From Methanobacteriota archaeon (lineage in GTDB: Archaea; Thermoplasmatota; E2; DHVEG-1): a stretch of 64,000 bases of DNA. The stretch covers positions 500,163 to 564,162 of the forward strand of contig CAVYNH010000007.1 in the NCBI GenBank assembly GCA_963769885.1, given 5' to 3'. A model generated the notes under the pieces. It was not told where the DNA came from. It ran no database searches and was given only the letters and a program-made list of their open reading frames with translations. The stretch's first letter is position 1; every line of letters begins with the position of its first letter. Of this stretch, positions 1-9,819 are shown piece by piece. The translations under genes were made by a program, and so were the position numbers.

Positions 1-2
1 TG

Positions 3-995
3 TTGACCTTCCCGGTGAAATATCCCGACAACGCCTCGGTCCAAGAAGATGGACGCAGTGGACCCTTATACCATTCCTTTCCGATGGGCACGATCGGAGC
101 CGCCGTTCCAGGCCAGACCTGCGACTTCACCATCACCGCCCGATGCCCATCCGGCAGCGGGAATCTCCGCTTGAACGTCAGCTGCAGCGACTGGGGGACG
201 CGAACTCAGTACAGCACCCTCTCGGGCAGCTGCAGAGAAGTACTCACCCATCGGTTCGGCCCCACGAACGAGACAATCACCGGCCAGTACATGGTCCCAG
301 CAGACCAGAACGCCTGGTTCCTGCAGGGAGAATTACAGTTCTTGAATACGACCGACTACGAGGTCTCACTGTTCAGCATCCAACGGACACATGACAGTAA
401 CATGACCGAGGATTTCCACCTGAGTCTGGGAGGACGCTGGTATAATTCCTCGGGTCCTCTCGCTTGCGGAGAGCAGGTGAATTTCTCCATCGACCCAGAG
501 GAGCTTGCCGATGCGCAAGGAGTCATGACCTTTACAAGCCGTATCAATGGAAACCGGAACGGCATGGCGGTTCTCGTCTTTGAGGAGCCGATTTTGATGG
601 GGTTGAACGCACGGTTCCGGGTCACCACAACCGACGGGGGATATGAGCTGACGTTGACGAAGACGTTGACTCGGACGTCACCGCTTCTGATGCGCATCTG
701 GGAATCCCCGGTGTTCCAGAAGATGCCTCGGGCTACCGAACTGCTGGTCCGGGTGATGCTGGCCGCCGGCATGGATACCCTGCTCAAAACCTTGTTCATA
801 CGAAATGATTCTGATCTCTGTTCCACCTTCGAACTGCTTCCTTTCAGCACCGATCCGTTGTACTCCGGCGTGAACGTGACCGCGATGGACGGCTCGGGGA
901 TACGACATCAGAGCCTCAATGGGAACCTCTGGTGGTCCTGTAATGGGCCGGATCTCGGGGAAACCATCGTCAGGGTCCGTTTCCCAAGACAGTAG
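3..995 (+). CDS. Hypothetical protein, C-terminal part (runs off the window start), beta-rich and probably extracellular
   Basis: Open frame of 330 aa from the window edge, followed by an inverted repeat; no family recognised. Confidence 0.6.
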   Translation: MTFPVKYPDNASVQEDGRSGPLYHSFPMGTIGAAVPGQTCDFTITARCPSGSGNLRLNVSCSDWGTRTQYSTLSGSCREVLTHRFGPTNETITGQYMVPADQNAWFLQGELQFLNTTDYEVSLFSIQRTHDSNMTEDFHLSLGGRWYNSSGPLACGEQVNFSIDPEELADAQGVMTFTSRINGNRNGMAVLVFEEPILMGLNARFRVTTTDGGYELTLTKTLTRTSPLLMRIWESPVFQKMPRATELLVRVMLAAGMDTLLKTLFIRNDSDLCSTFELLPFSTDPLYSGVNVTAMDGSGIRHQSLNGNLWWSCNGPDLGETIVRVRFPRQ

Positions 996-1001
996 AAAAA
1001 A

Positions 1002-1068
1002 GAAGGAAAGCAGCCTCCGGCATGGAGCAGGAGGCCGCCCATTTGTCGGCGAGGAGTCTGCTTCCTTC
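1002..1068 (+). terminator. Imperfect inverted repeat after the first ORF (terminator or structured 3' UTR)
   Basis: GAAGGAAAGCAGCCTCC...GGAGTCTGCTTCCTTC can pair. Confidence 0.35.
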
Positions 1069-1170
1069 AGTCTGGTTTTGGAGGTCGATGGTGGGTGCTT
1101 GGTCTAAAGTCATGTCGTAGATGGTTTTAGGGCCAGTGTAGGGCGTGAATTCAATACTGACGTTTCATCG

Positions 1171-1725
1171 ATGCAGGATAAAATATTAATGACCTGCTTG
1201 GTTATCCTGTGCCGAAGAAATTGTGTACAGGTGGTTGGATTGGATGATTTGACGACAATCTCGACGATTGTTGCAACAGTAAGTATTGTGATCGGCGTCC
1301 TCTTTACCTTGCTTGAACTTCGACACTTCCGGAAGACGAGAAGAACGGAAATCATCATGAAGATCTATGATCGGTTTAGCAGTCGGGAGATGGTGGAGGC
1401 TATCAACAAAGTCGGCAGCTCGAAATTCGAGAATCTTGAGGAGTACGGGAAGACACAAGGGTTTACTGATGTGGCGGAGATCGCTGTCCTTTTTGAAGGT
1501 CTTGGGGTTCTTCTCGAGCAGAACCTCATCGACATCGATCTTGTCGATAGTCTCTTCGGACCGACCCTTGATATCCTATGGCTGAGGATGAAACCAATCA
1601 TTTACGGCATGAGAAAAGGACTCAACGAACCATTCTTCTTTTCCCATTATGAAAAACTCGTGGAACAGTTACGTGCGCATAGACAAAGAGTTGGAAGACA
1701 TGATACTACGAAAGATGGATCTTGA
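1171..1725 (+). CDS. DUF4760-like protein with N-terminal TM helix (true start probably about 1231-1240)
   Basis: TM segment then FEGLGVLLEQNLIDIDLV...W...KPII...R....F..YEKL, resembling DUF4760. Confidence 0.65.
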   Translation: MQDKILMTCLVILCRRNCVQVVGLDDLTTISTIVATVSIVIGVLFTLLELRHFRKTRRTEIIMKIYDRFSSREMVEAINKVGSSKFENLEEYGKTQGFTDVAEIAVLFEGLGVLLEQNLIDIDLVDSLFGPTLDILWLRMKPIIYGMRKGLNEPFFFSHYEKLVEQLRAHRQRVGRHDTTKDGS

Positions 1726-1798
1726 CGCCTTTCTAGTCAGAATGTCACTCTGTCTTCGTAAATAGTTCCATTGGATATTCTGCTGCGGAGAGGCATGA

Positions 1799-2263
1799 AT
1801 GCGTAACAAGCGATTTATCGTAGTACATCGGGGAGGATCTCTGAAAAAGGAACATCATTATCAGCTGATGCAATGGGCATGCGACTGCGCAGAGCATGTC
1901 CTGCCGCTCGTTGGTGAAACAATCAATGAGCGGCTCACAGCTGCCCTCAAGGTGGCGAAAGCGTGGAAACAAGGAAACGCGTCCGTTGGTGACACACGAA
2001 AAGCAGCAGTAGCCGCGCATGCGGTCGCGCGCGAAGCTTCAAACCCGACGGCCGTTGCGGTGGCCCGTGCAGTCGGGCACGCGGCGGCGACCGCGCATAT
2101 GGCTGACCACTCATTAGGATCCGCGTGGTATGCCTTAAAAGCCGTGAAATCCGCAGGGAAATCAGTAGAGGTTGAGAGGAAATGGCAGGATGAACAATTG
2201 TCATCAGGAATCAAGGACCTTGCGATTTCTGCAAGGAGCAATAAGAAATTCAGTAAGATATGA
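1799..2263 (+). CDS. Imm5-like putative immunity protein
   Basis: WACDCAEHVL...AW..G......RKAA.AAHA.AR...AVARAVGHAAATAHMADH...A.YALKA...ERKWQ. Confidence 0.8.
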   Translation: MRNKRFIVVHRGGSLKKEHHYQLMQWACDCAEHVLPLVGETINERLTAALKVAKAWKQGNASVGDTRKAAVAAHAVAREASNPTAVAVARAVGHAAATAHMADHSLGSAWYALKAVKSAGKSVEVERKWQDEQLSSGIKDLAISARSNKKFSKI

Positions 2264-2312
2264 ATCTCATGAGATGAAAGGAAACGGTTAACGGGGTTGA
2301 CTGGGAAAGGTC

Positions 2313-2337
2313 CTGGGTGTCGGCCGTAAGCCTCTTT
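2313..2337 (-). repeat. 25-bp perfect copy of the RNase P RNA 3' end (att-like site)
   Basis: CTGGGTGTCGGCCGTAAGCCTCTTT is identical at 2313-2337 and 3136-3160. Confidence 0.95.
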
Positions 2338-2461
2338 ATCACTTATAAATAATAACAAATTCTAGAAAATTTGAAGATGTAATGTCCTAGAAAATTCTTA
2401 TTATTTTTTGATAAATTTAATAAAGAAATAGTTATTACGATCTTACTGTTAGGGCGGTGTA

Positions 2462-3094
2462 ATGACTGCACAGAATCCTGATTTTAAACAACCACCTTGG
2501 GTGCAAAGCCCCTCTGAAGTCATGAGTTGGATTGACGCAACACATCCTTCGAAGAAAACAAAGGGTAAAAAACACGTAGCATCCGGTGAAGAGATTCTTC
2601 GAAATCTCCATGTTTGTTTCGATTTAGACATCGAACAAAAAAAGATACCACCGCGGAATAGTATTTCAAAATTTATAACGATGATTACTAGGAATGGATT
2701 TGTTGAAGAAGGGTTTGAACTCATTCCAACAGCTGAACTTGTTTTACGAGGCCTTGCGAAGGCGAAGTATAAAAATATTGTAAAAATAGTTTGTAATGAA
2801 AAAACCATATATCGTCATTCAGGCAACAATCCCGATCTGAGAAAAACTATCGATGATTTCAGCGAGTTTACCAATGACGTCCAAACAGGAAAATCAGTCG
2901 AGGTGACCACTATTTCAAAAGAAGGTATGAAAAGTCTCGCTATCGTAAAAATTATGAAGATTCACAAGGAAAAGGATCATGCAGTCGATATTCAGATAAA
3001 GGGAGGGATTAAGAAGGAATTGTATCACACGTTTCTTAATTATCTTACTGAAAAGCTTGGTTTAAAAGATGACCAAGAGAAATTTCTTAGATAG
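2462..3094 (+). CDS. Hypothetical Lys-rich protein, sole cargo of the rnpB-anchored island
   Basis: 210-aa AT-rich ORF with upstream TATA-like TTTAATAAA and SD-like GGCGGTG. Confidence 0.75.
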   Translation: MTAQNPDFKQPPWVQSPSEVMSWIDATHPSKKTKGKKHVASGEEILRNLHVCFDLDIEQKKIPPRNSISKFITMITRNGFVEEGFELIPTAELVLRGLAKAKYKNIVKIVCNEKTIYRHSGNNPDLRKTIDDFSEFTNDVQTGKSVEVTTISKEGMKSLAIVKIMKIHKEKDHAVDIQIKGGIKKELYHTFLNYLTEKLGLKDDQEKFLR

Positions 3095-3131
3095 GGCCAT
3101 TTAAAATAAATAACGAATAAAGATGTTCGTT

Positions 3132-3450
3132 GGTGCTGGGTGTCGGCCGTAAGCCTCTTTTTGTTCTGACGGCATTCGTCTGATGCGCCCTACCCGCGAG
3201 CAATCTGGACAATTGATCCCGCTGTTTGGGCTTGCTCCAAGGGCGGATAAGCCGTTTCACCAACTCCCACGACGACCTCATCACCACACGTGAATCATCG
3301 CATAGATCGCAGGCTGTGCCGTTTCTGTGCCTCCGCAGAGGCTCTCGCCTCTACCGCTTGCACGGTGCCCCGGTCCAGACCGAGAGAGGACTTTCCTCAG
3401 CAAAAACCCCAAGGGTCTTCACCGTCAACCGTCCACCGACGCCCAGCACC
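3132..3450 (-). ncRNA. rnpB: RNase P RNA (archaeal)
   Basis: Minus strand has GAGGAAAGUCC, ACAGAAACGGC, UGAAACGGC, GGAGCAAG and AACAAAAAGAGGCUUA in canonical order; 5' GGUGCUGGGCGUCGGU pairs with 3' GCCGACACCCAGCACC (P1). Confidence 0.95.
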
Positions 3451-3572
3451 ACTCACCCAACAAACCACCCCCACATAAATACTTATCCACACCAAACCAA
3501 AACCACCCCCCTTCAGAGAGAAAAAAAACCAGACACATAAATAAACTCATTCACCGTTCCCCCCCTGCTAGC

Positions 3573-4736
3573 ATGATCCTTGACCTAACCATCGTCCAAC
3601 AACTCGCCATCCTCCTCCTCACCGCCCTCATCGCCTACCTCATCTTCACCAAAATCAACCAATCCATCATCATCGGCGAAATCCTCCTCGGCATCCTCAT
3701 CGGACCCAGCATCCTCGGCGTCGTCACCTACACCCCCTTCGTCCAAGACATCGCCATGCTCGGCGCCATCCTCCTCCTCTTCGTCATCGGCTTCGAATTC
3801 AAAATCAAAGACGTCTACAACCTCCGCTTCGCCGTCATCGCCACCTTCGGCGTCATCATCCCCTGGATTGCTGGATACTTCTTCGCCCAATACATTGGTT
3901 ATAATTTCATCACCTCATTTTTCATCGGTACGACACTCACGGCCACCAGTATCGCAATCACCGCCAATGTCCTCAGAGAATTAGGGAAGCTCCACACCGA
4001 ACCCGCCCGAGCCATCATCGGCGCCGCGGTCATCGATGACGTGCTCGGGCTTATCGTCCTCTCCTTTGCGACCCAACTCCAACATGGAGCACTCCAGTCC
4101 CTGGATATCCTCAAAATCATCGCCCTAGTCGCCGCGTTCTTCATCATCGGCATCCTGATCGGCCGTCCAGCCGTCCGCTGGCTCATGGAACATTTCGAAC
4201 AAACCACTATAGCCAGGAAGCACGTGGAGACGATCCTAATCCTTGCCTTCGTCATCGCCTTTCTGTTCTCGGCCGCCGCGGAAAGCATCGGCCTCTCAGC
4301 CATCGTCGGCGCATTCCTCGCCGGCATCACCATGGAAGGCGTCAAGGCACGGGAGAACGCCGACTTCCGCAAAGGCGCAGATCACGTTCAGATGATCTTC
4401 GCCCCCGTCTTCTTCATCTCTCTCGGCGTGCTTATCGACTTCCACCAACTCACCACGGACATCATCTGGTTCATCCTCGCGCTCACCGCGATCGCGATCC
4501 TCACCAAGCTCGTCGGCTGCTACCTCGGCGCGCGCATCGGCCACATGAGCCATAAGGACTCCTTGATCGTGGGAATCGGGATGGCACCGCGGGGCGAGGT
4601 CGCCATGATCGTCGCCGTCATCGGCCTCGAAGCCAGCGTCATCACCCAAGAAATCTACACTGCCGTCATTATGATGAGCCTCTTGACGACGCTGTTCGTC
4701 CCCGCAATCCTTCGATACATGAAGTTCCCTGAATAA
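3573..4736 (+). CDS. Cation:proton antiporter (CPA2/Kef-type)
   Basis: GEILLGILIGP, LTATSIAIT, GAAVIDDVLG, GMAPRGEV and many TM helices; the longer 3327 start overlaps rnpB and is rejected. Confidence 0.93.
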   Translation: MILDLTIVQQLAILLLTALIAYLIFTKINQSIIIGEILLGILIGPSILGVVTYTPFVQDIAMLGAILLLFVIGFEFKIKDVYNLRFAVIATFGVIIPWIAGYFFAQYIGYNFITSFFIGTTLTATSIAITANVLRELGKLHTEPARAIIGAAVIDDVLGLIVLSFATQLQHGALQSLDILKIIALVAAFFIIGILIGRPAVRWLMEHFEQTTIARKHVETILILAFVIAFLFSAAAESIGLSAIVGAFLAGITMEGVKARENADFRKGADHVQMIFAPVFFISLGVLIDFHQLTTDIIWFILALTAIAILTKLVGCYLGARIGHMSHKDSLIVGIGMAPRGEVAMIVAVIGLEASVITQEIYTAVIMMSLLTTLFVPAILRYMKFPE

Positions 4737-4757
4737 AAGCCAGGCTCCTACTATCCT

Positions 4758-6306
4758 CTACTCGAAGATTGTCGTGGATTCCTTCTCCTGCTGGACGGTG
4801 CCGTTCACCAGGACCTGAGTTTTCATGATTGTCGGGACACCTTCAGGTACATCCACGCGCAGTGAGACAATGGCTTGTCCACCCGCTTCAAGAGCAGGGA
4901 GCATAACCTGCCGGGTTCCATACCGTGCCCCGAGGCCTGAACAAAAAGCGCGGACCTCAACAGGACTGGACGCGGAGCCGAGGTTCTTGACCAGGACCGC
5001 AACCTGCACATAATCCAAATCATTTGACTGAAGCCTGGTCGCATTCAGCCAGTCATGTTCGAGAATAGGCCGTGCCGAAATCGGATATACTGTACAGTTC
5101 GTCTCCCCCTCATACTCGCCAGGGACACGGCCGACTGGGGAAAACCCGGACGTGGACTCTAGGAAATAGTACCCGTCTTTGAATGGCGAATAGCCTTCGA
5201 CATGAGGAAGGCGAACCCCCACGGCCATATGGTTAGGGAGGCGGAGCAAAGAGACATTGTAGTCGGCGGCGTCGAGGAGGGAAGCTAAGAGGATCGCCTT
5301 GTCTTCGCAGTCCCCGCCGTGCTCATTGAGCGTCTCCACTGGGTACCGTGGGTATTCGAAACTGGCGTTCAATGGATTGTCCTCACGGTACTCGAGCCCC
5401 TGGACGAACCCAGCGATGAAATTCAACCGTTCAATATAGTCATCGGATGAGACCAGGGTTGTGATTCGATGCAGAACAAAACAGAGGTATGCATCATCCA
5501 GGCTGTTGAAGACGTATAGCGCGTAGTCCTCGGATGCTTCCCGAGGGAGGGACCGGTCGTACCAGGTACAGGCTTGAGGCGTTCGGCAGCGTGAGGGTAT
5601 AGTGACTTCGATAGTACCAGGAATAATCTAGGGTTGGGTACTGCGTCGCTGAGATGTTCTGAACAAGCGAGCAGGCCATCTTGCCATCCGTGTCAAGGAC
5701 CCGGATGGTCATGTTCGAGGGGGCCATGAGTTGTGTCTGTACGATGATCAGTGCTGCTGCCTGTGTTGTCTGCCCGGGTAGCACGACGGTGGGCATCACT
5801 GGCCCAGCCGAAAGACTGGTTCCAGTGGAGACGTTGACGCTGTCTGGGTAAAAGGGCAGGAGCCCGGTGTTGTGTAGAGTGAAGGTGAGGGATAGGATAG
5901 ACTGGGAGGAGCGGCGAAACCATTCTTGGGTGACGTCGGAAATGTTAACGGTGGGAGCAATATAGCGGAGAGATGTTGACGAGATTTTGTTCCGTTGGGC
6001 ATCGATGGCCTTGAGGGTATAGACACCTGGAGAGGGGCAGTGTCGGTAGGCGGCGAGGGGGATCTGGGACGTTTGGGTTCCTTGGATGAAGGATTGGTTG
6101 TGGAGTTCGGTTCCCGCAGGGTCAATGATGCTGACCGTGGCGTAATCGGAGAGGTTGAATGAGAATTTGAGGACTGGGAATCCGTCGGCGTCGGTGACGG
6201 TGGTGGACAGCAGAGTGAATGTGGTGTGCCGTAGCAACAAGCAGCCGCCGCCTGCCGTGATGAGCATGATGATCAGGGCGGCAGTGGCGAGGTGTCTTAT
6301 TTGCAT
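4758..6306 (-). CDS. Secreted or lipoprotein transglutaminase-like protein, split by a +1 frameshift at about 5565
   Basis: GDCEDKAILLASLL, HMAVG, YYFLEST; removing one C from GTACCTGG joins ORF 5494-6306 to 4758-5426 through LY-WYDRSLPREASEDY. Confidence 0.8.
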
Positions 6307-7514
6307 ACTAGTTTCATTTTCTTTCCGATGACGGAGCCGAGGCGCTGGATGCCCGTCTTAATCTGTTCGTTGGTGGAGTAGGAGAAGTTGAGGCGCATGG
6401 AGCTGCCGCCGCTCCCGTCGACGCAGAATGCTTTGCCATGGACGTACGCGACTTTTTCTTTGATAGCGTCGAGGAAGAGCAGCTCGGTGTCGATCTCAGG
6501 GGGGAGCGTCGCCCAGGCGAACATACCGCCGTGGGGTCGCCAGCATTCGTAGCCGTCTGGGAAGAATTCTTTCATGGAGTCGAACATGAGGTCGCGTTTG
6601 GGCTTGTACATCTCGCAGATCTTCATGATGTGGAGGTCCATGGATCCGTTTTCGATGAAGGCGTTGGCGAGGAACTGGGTGAAGGGGGCGGTGCAGAGGT
6701 CGAGGGCTTGTTTGCAGATCGCCATTTTGCGGATGATGGGCTCGTCCGCGATCATCCAGGCGAGGCGGAAGCCGGGGGCGAGGATCTTGGAGAAGGTGGA
6801 GATGTAAATGACTCTGCCTTCGTCGTCGAAGGCTTTGATGGGTTTTTGTGGGGTGCCGTCGTAGCGGAGTTTGCCGTAGGGGTCGTCTTCGAGGATGATA
6901 AGGTCGTATTCGCAGGCGAGGTCGATGAGTTGTTTGCGGCGGGCTTCGGGCATGACGGTGCCGTCTGGGTTTTGGAAGTTGGGGACGGTGTAGATGACCT
7001 TAGGGGTGTGTCCTTCGGCTTTGAGCGCTCTGATTTTGTCTTCGACGAGGTCAGGTTTCATGCCTTGGTGGTCGATGGGGACGCCGACGAGGTTGGTTTC
7101 ATAGCTGCGGAAGGCGTTGATGCCGCCGAGGTAGGTGGGGATGGCGACGATGTTGTAGTCGCCGGGGTTGGTGAACATTTTGGCGACCATGTCCAGTGAT
7201 TGCTGTGAGCCGCTGGTGATGATGATGTTGTCGAATCCGGTTTGGATGCCGTCTTTGCTGGCGCGTTCGGCGAGGGTCTGGCGGAGTTCGTTGATGCCGT
7301 GGGTGGGGCCGTATTGGAGCGCGTTTTTTCCGTATCTTTCGAGGGTGCTTGTGGTGATGGATTGGAGTTCTTTGATGGGGAAGGAGAGGGGGTTGGGGAG
7401 GCCGCCGGCGAAGGAGATGATTTCGGGGTCCTGGGTGAGGCGGAGGAGTTCGCGAATCTCGGATTTGCGCATCTTTCCGGCCCGGTCTGAGTACAGGTGT
7501 TCAATGTCGACCAT
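6297..7514 (-). CDS. PLP-dependent aminotransferase class I (LysN/ARO8-like)
   Basis: ISFAGGLP, LQYG, NFQNPDG, EDDPYG, STFSKILAPGFRLAW, RLNFS. Confidence 0.93.
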   Translation of the reverse strand: MVDIEHLYSDRAGKMRKSEIRELLRLTQDPEIISFAGGLPNPLSFPIKELQSITTSTLERYGKNALQYGPTHGINELRQTLAERASKDGIQTGFDNIIITSGSQQSLDMVAKMFTNPGDYNIVAIPTYLGGINAFRSYETNLVGVPIDHQGMKPDLVEDKIRALKAEGHTPKVIYTVPNFQNPDGTVMPEARRKQLIDLACEYDLIILEDDPYGKLRYDGTPQKPIKAFDDEGRVIYISTFSKILAPGFRLAWMIADEPIIRKMAICKQALDLCTAPFTQFLANAFIENGSMDLHIMKICEMYKPKRDLMFDSMKEFFPDGYECWRPHGGMFAWATLPPEIDTELLFLDAIKEKVAYVHGKAFCVDGSGGSSMRLNFSYSTNEQIKTGIQRLGSVIGKKMKLVCK

Positions 7515-7600
7515 AAGAGGACCCTGACCCTGCATCAGGGGACGGTCTTATCTATGTTTCGTCAAAAAGAGAAGGAGAAACTGGCGCGTTTTTGGTGTGG

Positions 7601-7792
7601 TTATTTGTTGAGTTCGTCGTGGAAGAGGGCCTTGCAGTGTGCTTGGAAGGCGGGCATGGTTTCGACGGTTTCGCGGTCGAGGTTGAACCGTTGCATGAAC
7701 GCGGCGAGCTGGGCGTCCGAGTTTGCGGTCGCGGAGCCGTCTAGCATCATGCGGCAAATCTCTTCATCCTCAGCAACATCGGTGTTTTCCAT
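7601..7792 (-). CDS. Small acidic hypothetical protein
   Basis: 63-aa ORF, co-oriented with neighbours. Confidence 0.5.
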   Translation of the reverse strand: MENTDVAEDEEICRMMLDGSATANSDAQLAAFMQRFNLDRETVETMPAFQAHCKALFHDELNK

Positions 7793-7908
7793 TGGAAACC
7801 ACTCGAGTCATTCATCCTCGGCTGTGTTTATAATACTTTCTTTTATCGGTGGTGGGTATGAGTAAAAAAAGAGAAAAAGAAAAGTGAGAGGGATTGAAAT
7901 TTGATTGC

Positions 7909-8094
7909 TTACCGTTTTTTCAGGTAGGGGAGCCCGGTGCGTTTGTTGACGCCGACCGTATACCCTGTGGGTAATTCGCAAGGAGTTCCGCTCTTGGGTT
8001 GATGTTTGCTGAAGAAGTAGATGGTCTGTTTGCGGCCTCCTTTCAAATTTACGTTACGGGTATATAAGGTCCATCCTTCGTGTTTGTATGGCAA
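7909..8094 (-). CDS. Small basic conserved hypothetical protein (possibly nucleic-acid binding)
   Basis: Strong SD GGAGGTG before TTG; LKGGRKQTIYFF...LP.GY.V..NKRTGLP.LKK resembles a conserved small-protein family. Confidence 0.8.
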   Translation of the reverse strand: MPYKHEGWTLYTRNVNLKGGRKQTIYFFSKHQPKSGTPCELPTGYTVGVNKRTGLPYLKKR

Positions 8095-8507
8095 TTTGAC
8101 ACCTCCTGCTCAGGATATCGCACTCTGATAAATTAATCTTTCTCCCTATGAGTTTTTGTGAAAAAACGTGAAAAAATGGGGGGTTCAATGGGAGAGAACG
8201 GGAGGGCGATGGCTGCCCCCTGCCCGTCTCTTTGGGTGGTGTTGTTCTTTGTTACCGCGTGATTCGTCGAAGGATGCCGCTGCGGTGTTTCCTCTCTGAA
8301 TTCTGTTGTTCATCCGTCAGGATAAGAACGGTATTTGAACGTGCTCAAAGATTGGTATCGACAAACATGGAAGACGATGAACACACAATTCTACATCGGT
8401 TCCCGAGTGTGTGCTGAGTGGGTTGAGATAAAAAAGGTTATGAATCGTCATTGATTGTCTACCCCAAGGGACGCCAGGGGTTTTCCGCCTTGGATTGTCT
8501 CGCGGTT

Positions 8508-8579
8508 GCGGATGTGATCTAGTGGTTATGATTGAGGCCCTCCAAGCCTCTTGCCCGGGTTCGAATCCCGGCATCCGCA
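8508..8579 (+). tRNA. tRNA-Gly(TCC), with atypical C at position 33
   Basis: Acceptor stem GCGGATG/CATCCGC-A, anticodon arm GAGGC-CCTCCAA-GCCTC, T-loop GGTTCGAATCC. Confidence 0.92.
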
Positions 8580-8587
8580 TCCAGGTT

Positions 8588-8715
8588 GCAGGGGTAGCCA
8601 AGCCTGGCCAACGGCGCAGGACTTAAGATCACAAGGGCTGAAACACAGCGGAAGGTTCGTTGGATGAGACATCCTGTCTCGCAGGAGTCCGAGGGTTCAA
8701 ATCCCTTCCCCTGCA
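8588..8715 (+). tRNA. tRNA-Leu(TAA) with a 43-nt intron (8628-8670) at canonical position 37/38
   Basis: Acceptor GCAGGGG/CCCCTGC-A; CAGGA-CTTAAG[intron]A-TCCTG; BHB central helix CUUA/UGAG with bulges AGA and ACA; long variable arm. Confidence 0.95.
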
Positions 8716-8781
8716 CTCTTTCTTCCACAAGATAATTATTAATACATGAAACAAGATTTATTGTTAGAGGGAGGAAGTAAA

Positions 8782-9651
8782 GTGCAGGAAAAACACAAAA
8801 TCTTTGCAATACTTGCTACAACACTACTTCTCACAGTATCGTGTTTGCCAACAATCTCTATGGCAACCCAAAACCACTCATCGGTCCAAGTGACCACTGA
8901 GGTATACGGTTTACAAAATGATAAACCGAAGACCGTCTCACTCACCGACGAACAATACCAGCAGTTCGAAGAGTACTGCACCAGCTTCCATACAAGACTC
9001 ACACAGGCAACAACCCAAAAGGAAGTCACGCTCCTCTTCAAAGAAGCGGTCGGCGTCCTCCATAGCTACGACCTCCTCCCCGCAGGTATGACCCTCCCTC
9101 AGGCACAACGCATGGTTGAACGCCTTGCGCAAATCTCACAACGACTAAACACTCGAGCAAACACCTACTACTCACAGACCGGCAACCACATCTGCCTCAT
9201 TGCGGGGCACACCACGCAAACATGGTTTACCTCACCCCTTTATGCCTCCCTGTTAGTCCTCTTGTGGCTCATCCAAAAACACGACACTCTCGTCTTCCTC
9301 CTCTTTACCGCTATGATGATGGATGACCTCGTCGATCAATTCATTCCCCTAGCTCCTTTCGATGCTATTAGTTTCGGTGAAGCATGGATGGATGGTTGGG
9401 AAGGACAATGGCACGACGCCTATTCCGAAGGCTGGGTCCATACCTTCGGATTTGGCGGCGCTCACGACTGGAACGGAACATTCAAAGGAGCGCTCACAAT
9501 CGACATCCCCGGAGGCAGCCACCTCTACTCTGATCTCTACCCAGGAGCCACCGGTTTTATCGGTATTAAAACCGAATCCCTGTACCGATCCTCCTTTTAC
9601 CTCGGTCTTGCTCTCAACGTCCAACTTAACAATGTCAATACTACACGCTGA
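8782..9651 (+). CDS. Secreted hypothetical protein (cassette 1 cargo)
   Basis: Signal peptide; SD GGAGG before GTG at 8782; ends GFIGIK...FYLGLA..V. Confidence 0.8.
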   Translation: MQEKHKIFAILATTLLLTVSCLPTISMATQNHSSVQVTTEVYGLQNDKPKTVSLTDEQYQQFEEYCTSFHTRLTQATTQKEVTLLFKEAVGVLHSYDLLPAGMTLPQAQRMVERLAQISQRLNTRANTYYSQTGNHICLIAGHTTQTWFTSPLYASLLVLLWLIQKHDTLVFLLFTAMMMDDLVDQFIPLAPFDAISFGEAWMDGWEGQWHDAYSEGWVHTFGFGGAHDWNGTFKGALTIDIPGGSHLYSDLYPGATGFIGIKTESLYRSSFYLGLALNVQLNNVNTTR

Positions 9652-9700
9652 AATCACAAAAAAAAACATGGCCTGTATTATTAACCTTACTTAGTTGATT

Positions 9701-9756
9701 GTCAATATTTGACGTACCGGTAAACTGGGGTTCAAATCCCTTCCCCTGCACTCTTT
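9701..9756 (+). repeat. att-like unit 1: 27-bp arm plus 29-bp perfect copy of the tRNA-Leu 3' end and trailer
   Basis: GGGTTCAAATCCCTTCCCCTGCACTCTTT at 9728-9756 equals 8693-8721. Confidence 0.95.
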
Positions 9757-9819
9757 TTTACCTGAAAAAGGTTTAAATAACCAAGGGTAATCTATTTGCA
9801 TATAGAGGGCGGGAAAGCA

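Noticed and set aside
3226-3572. Short ORFs and the N-terminal extension of the antiporter
   Set aside because: They overlap the RNase P RNA gene and its promoter; the antiporter starts at 3573.
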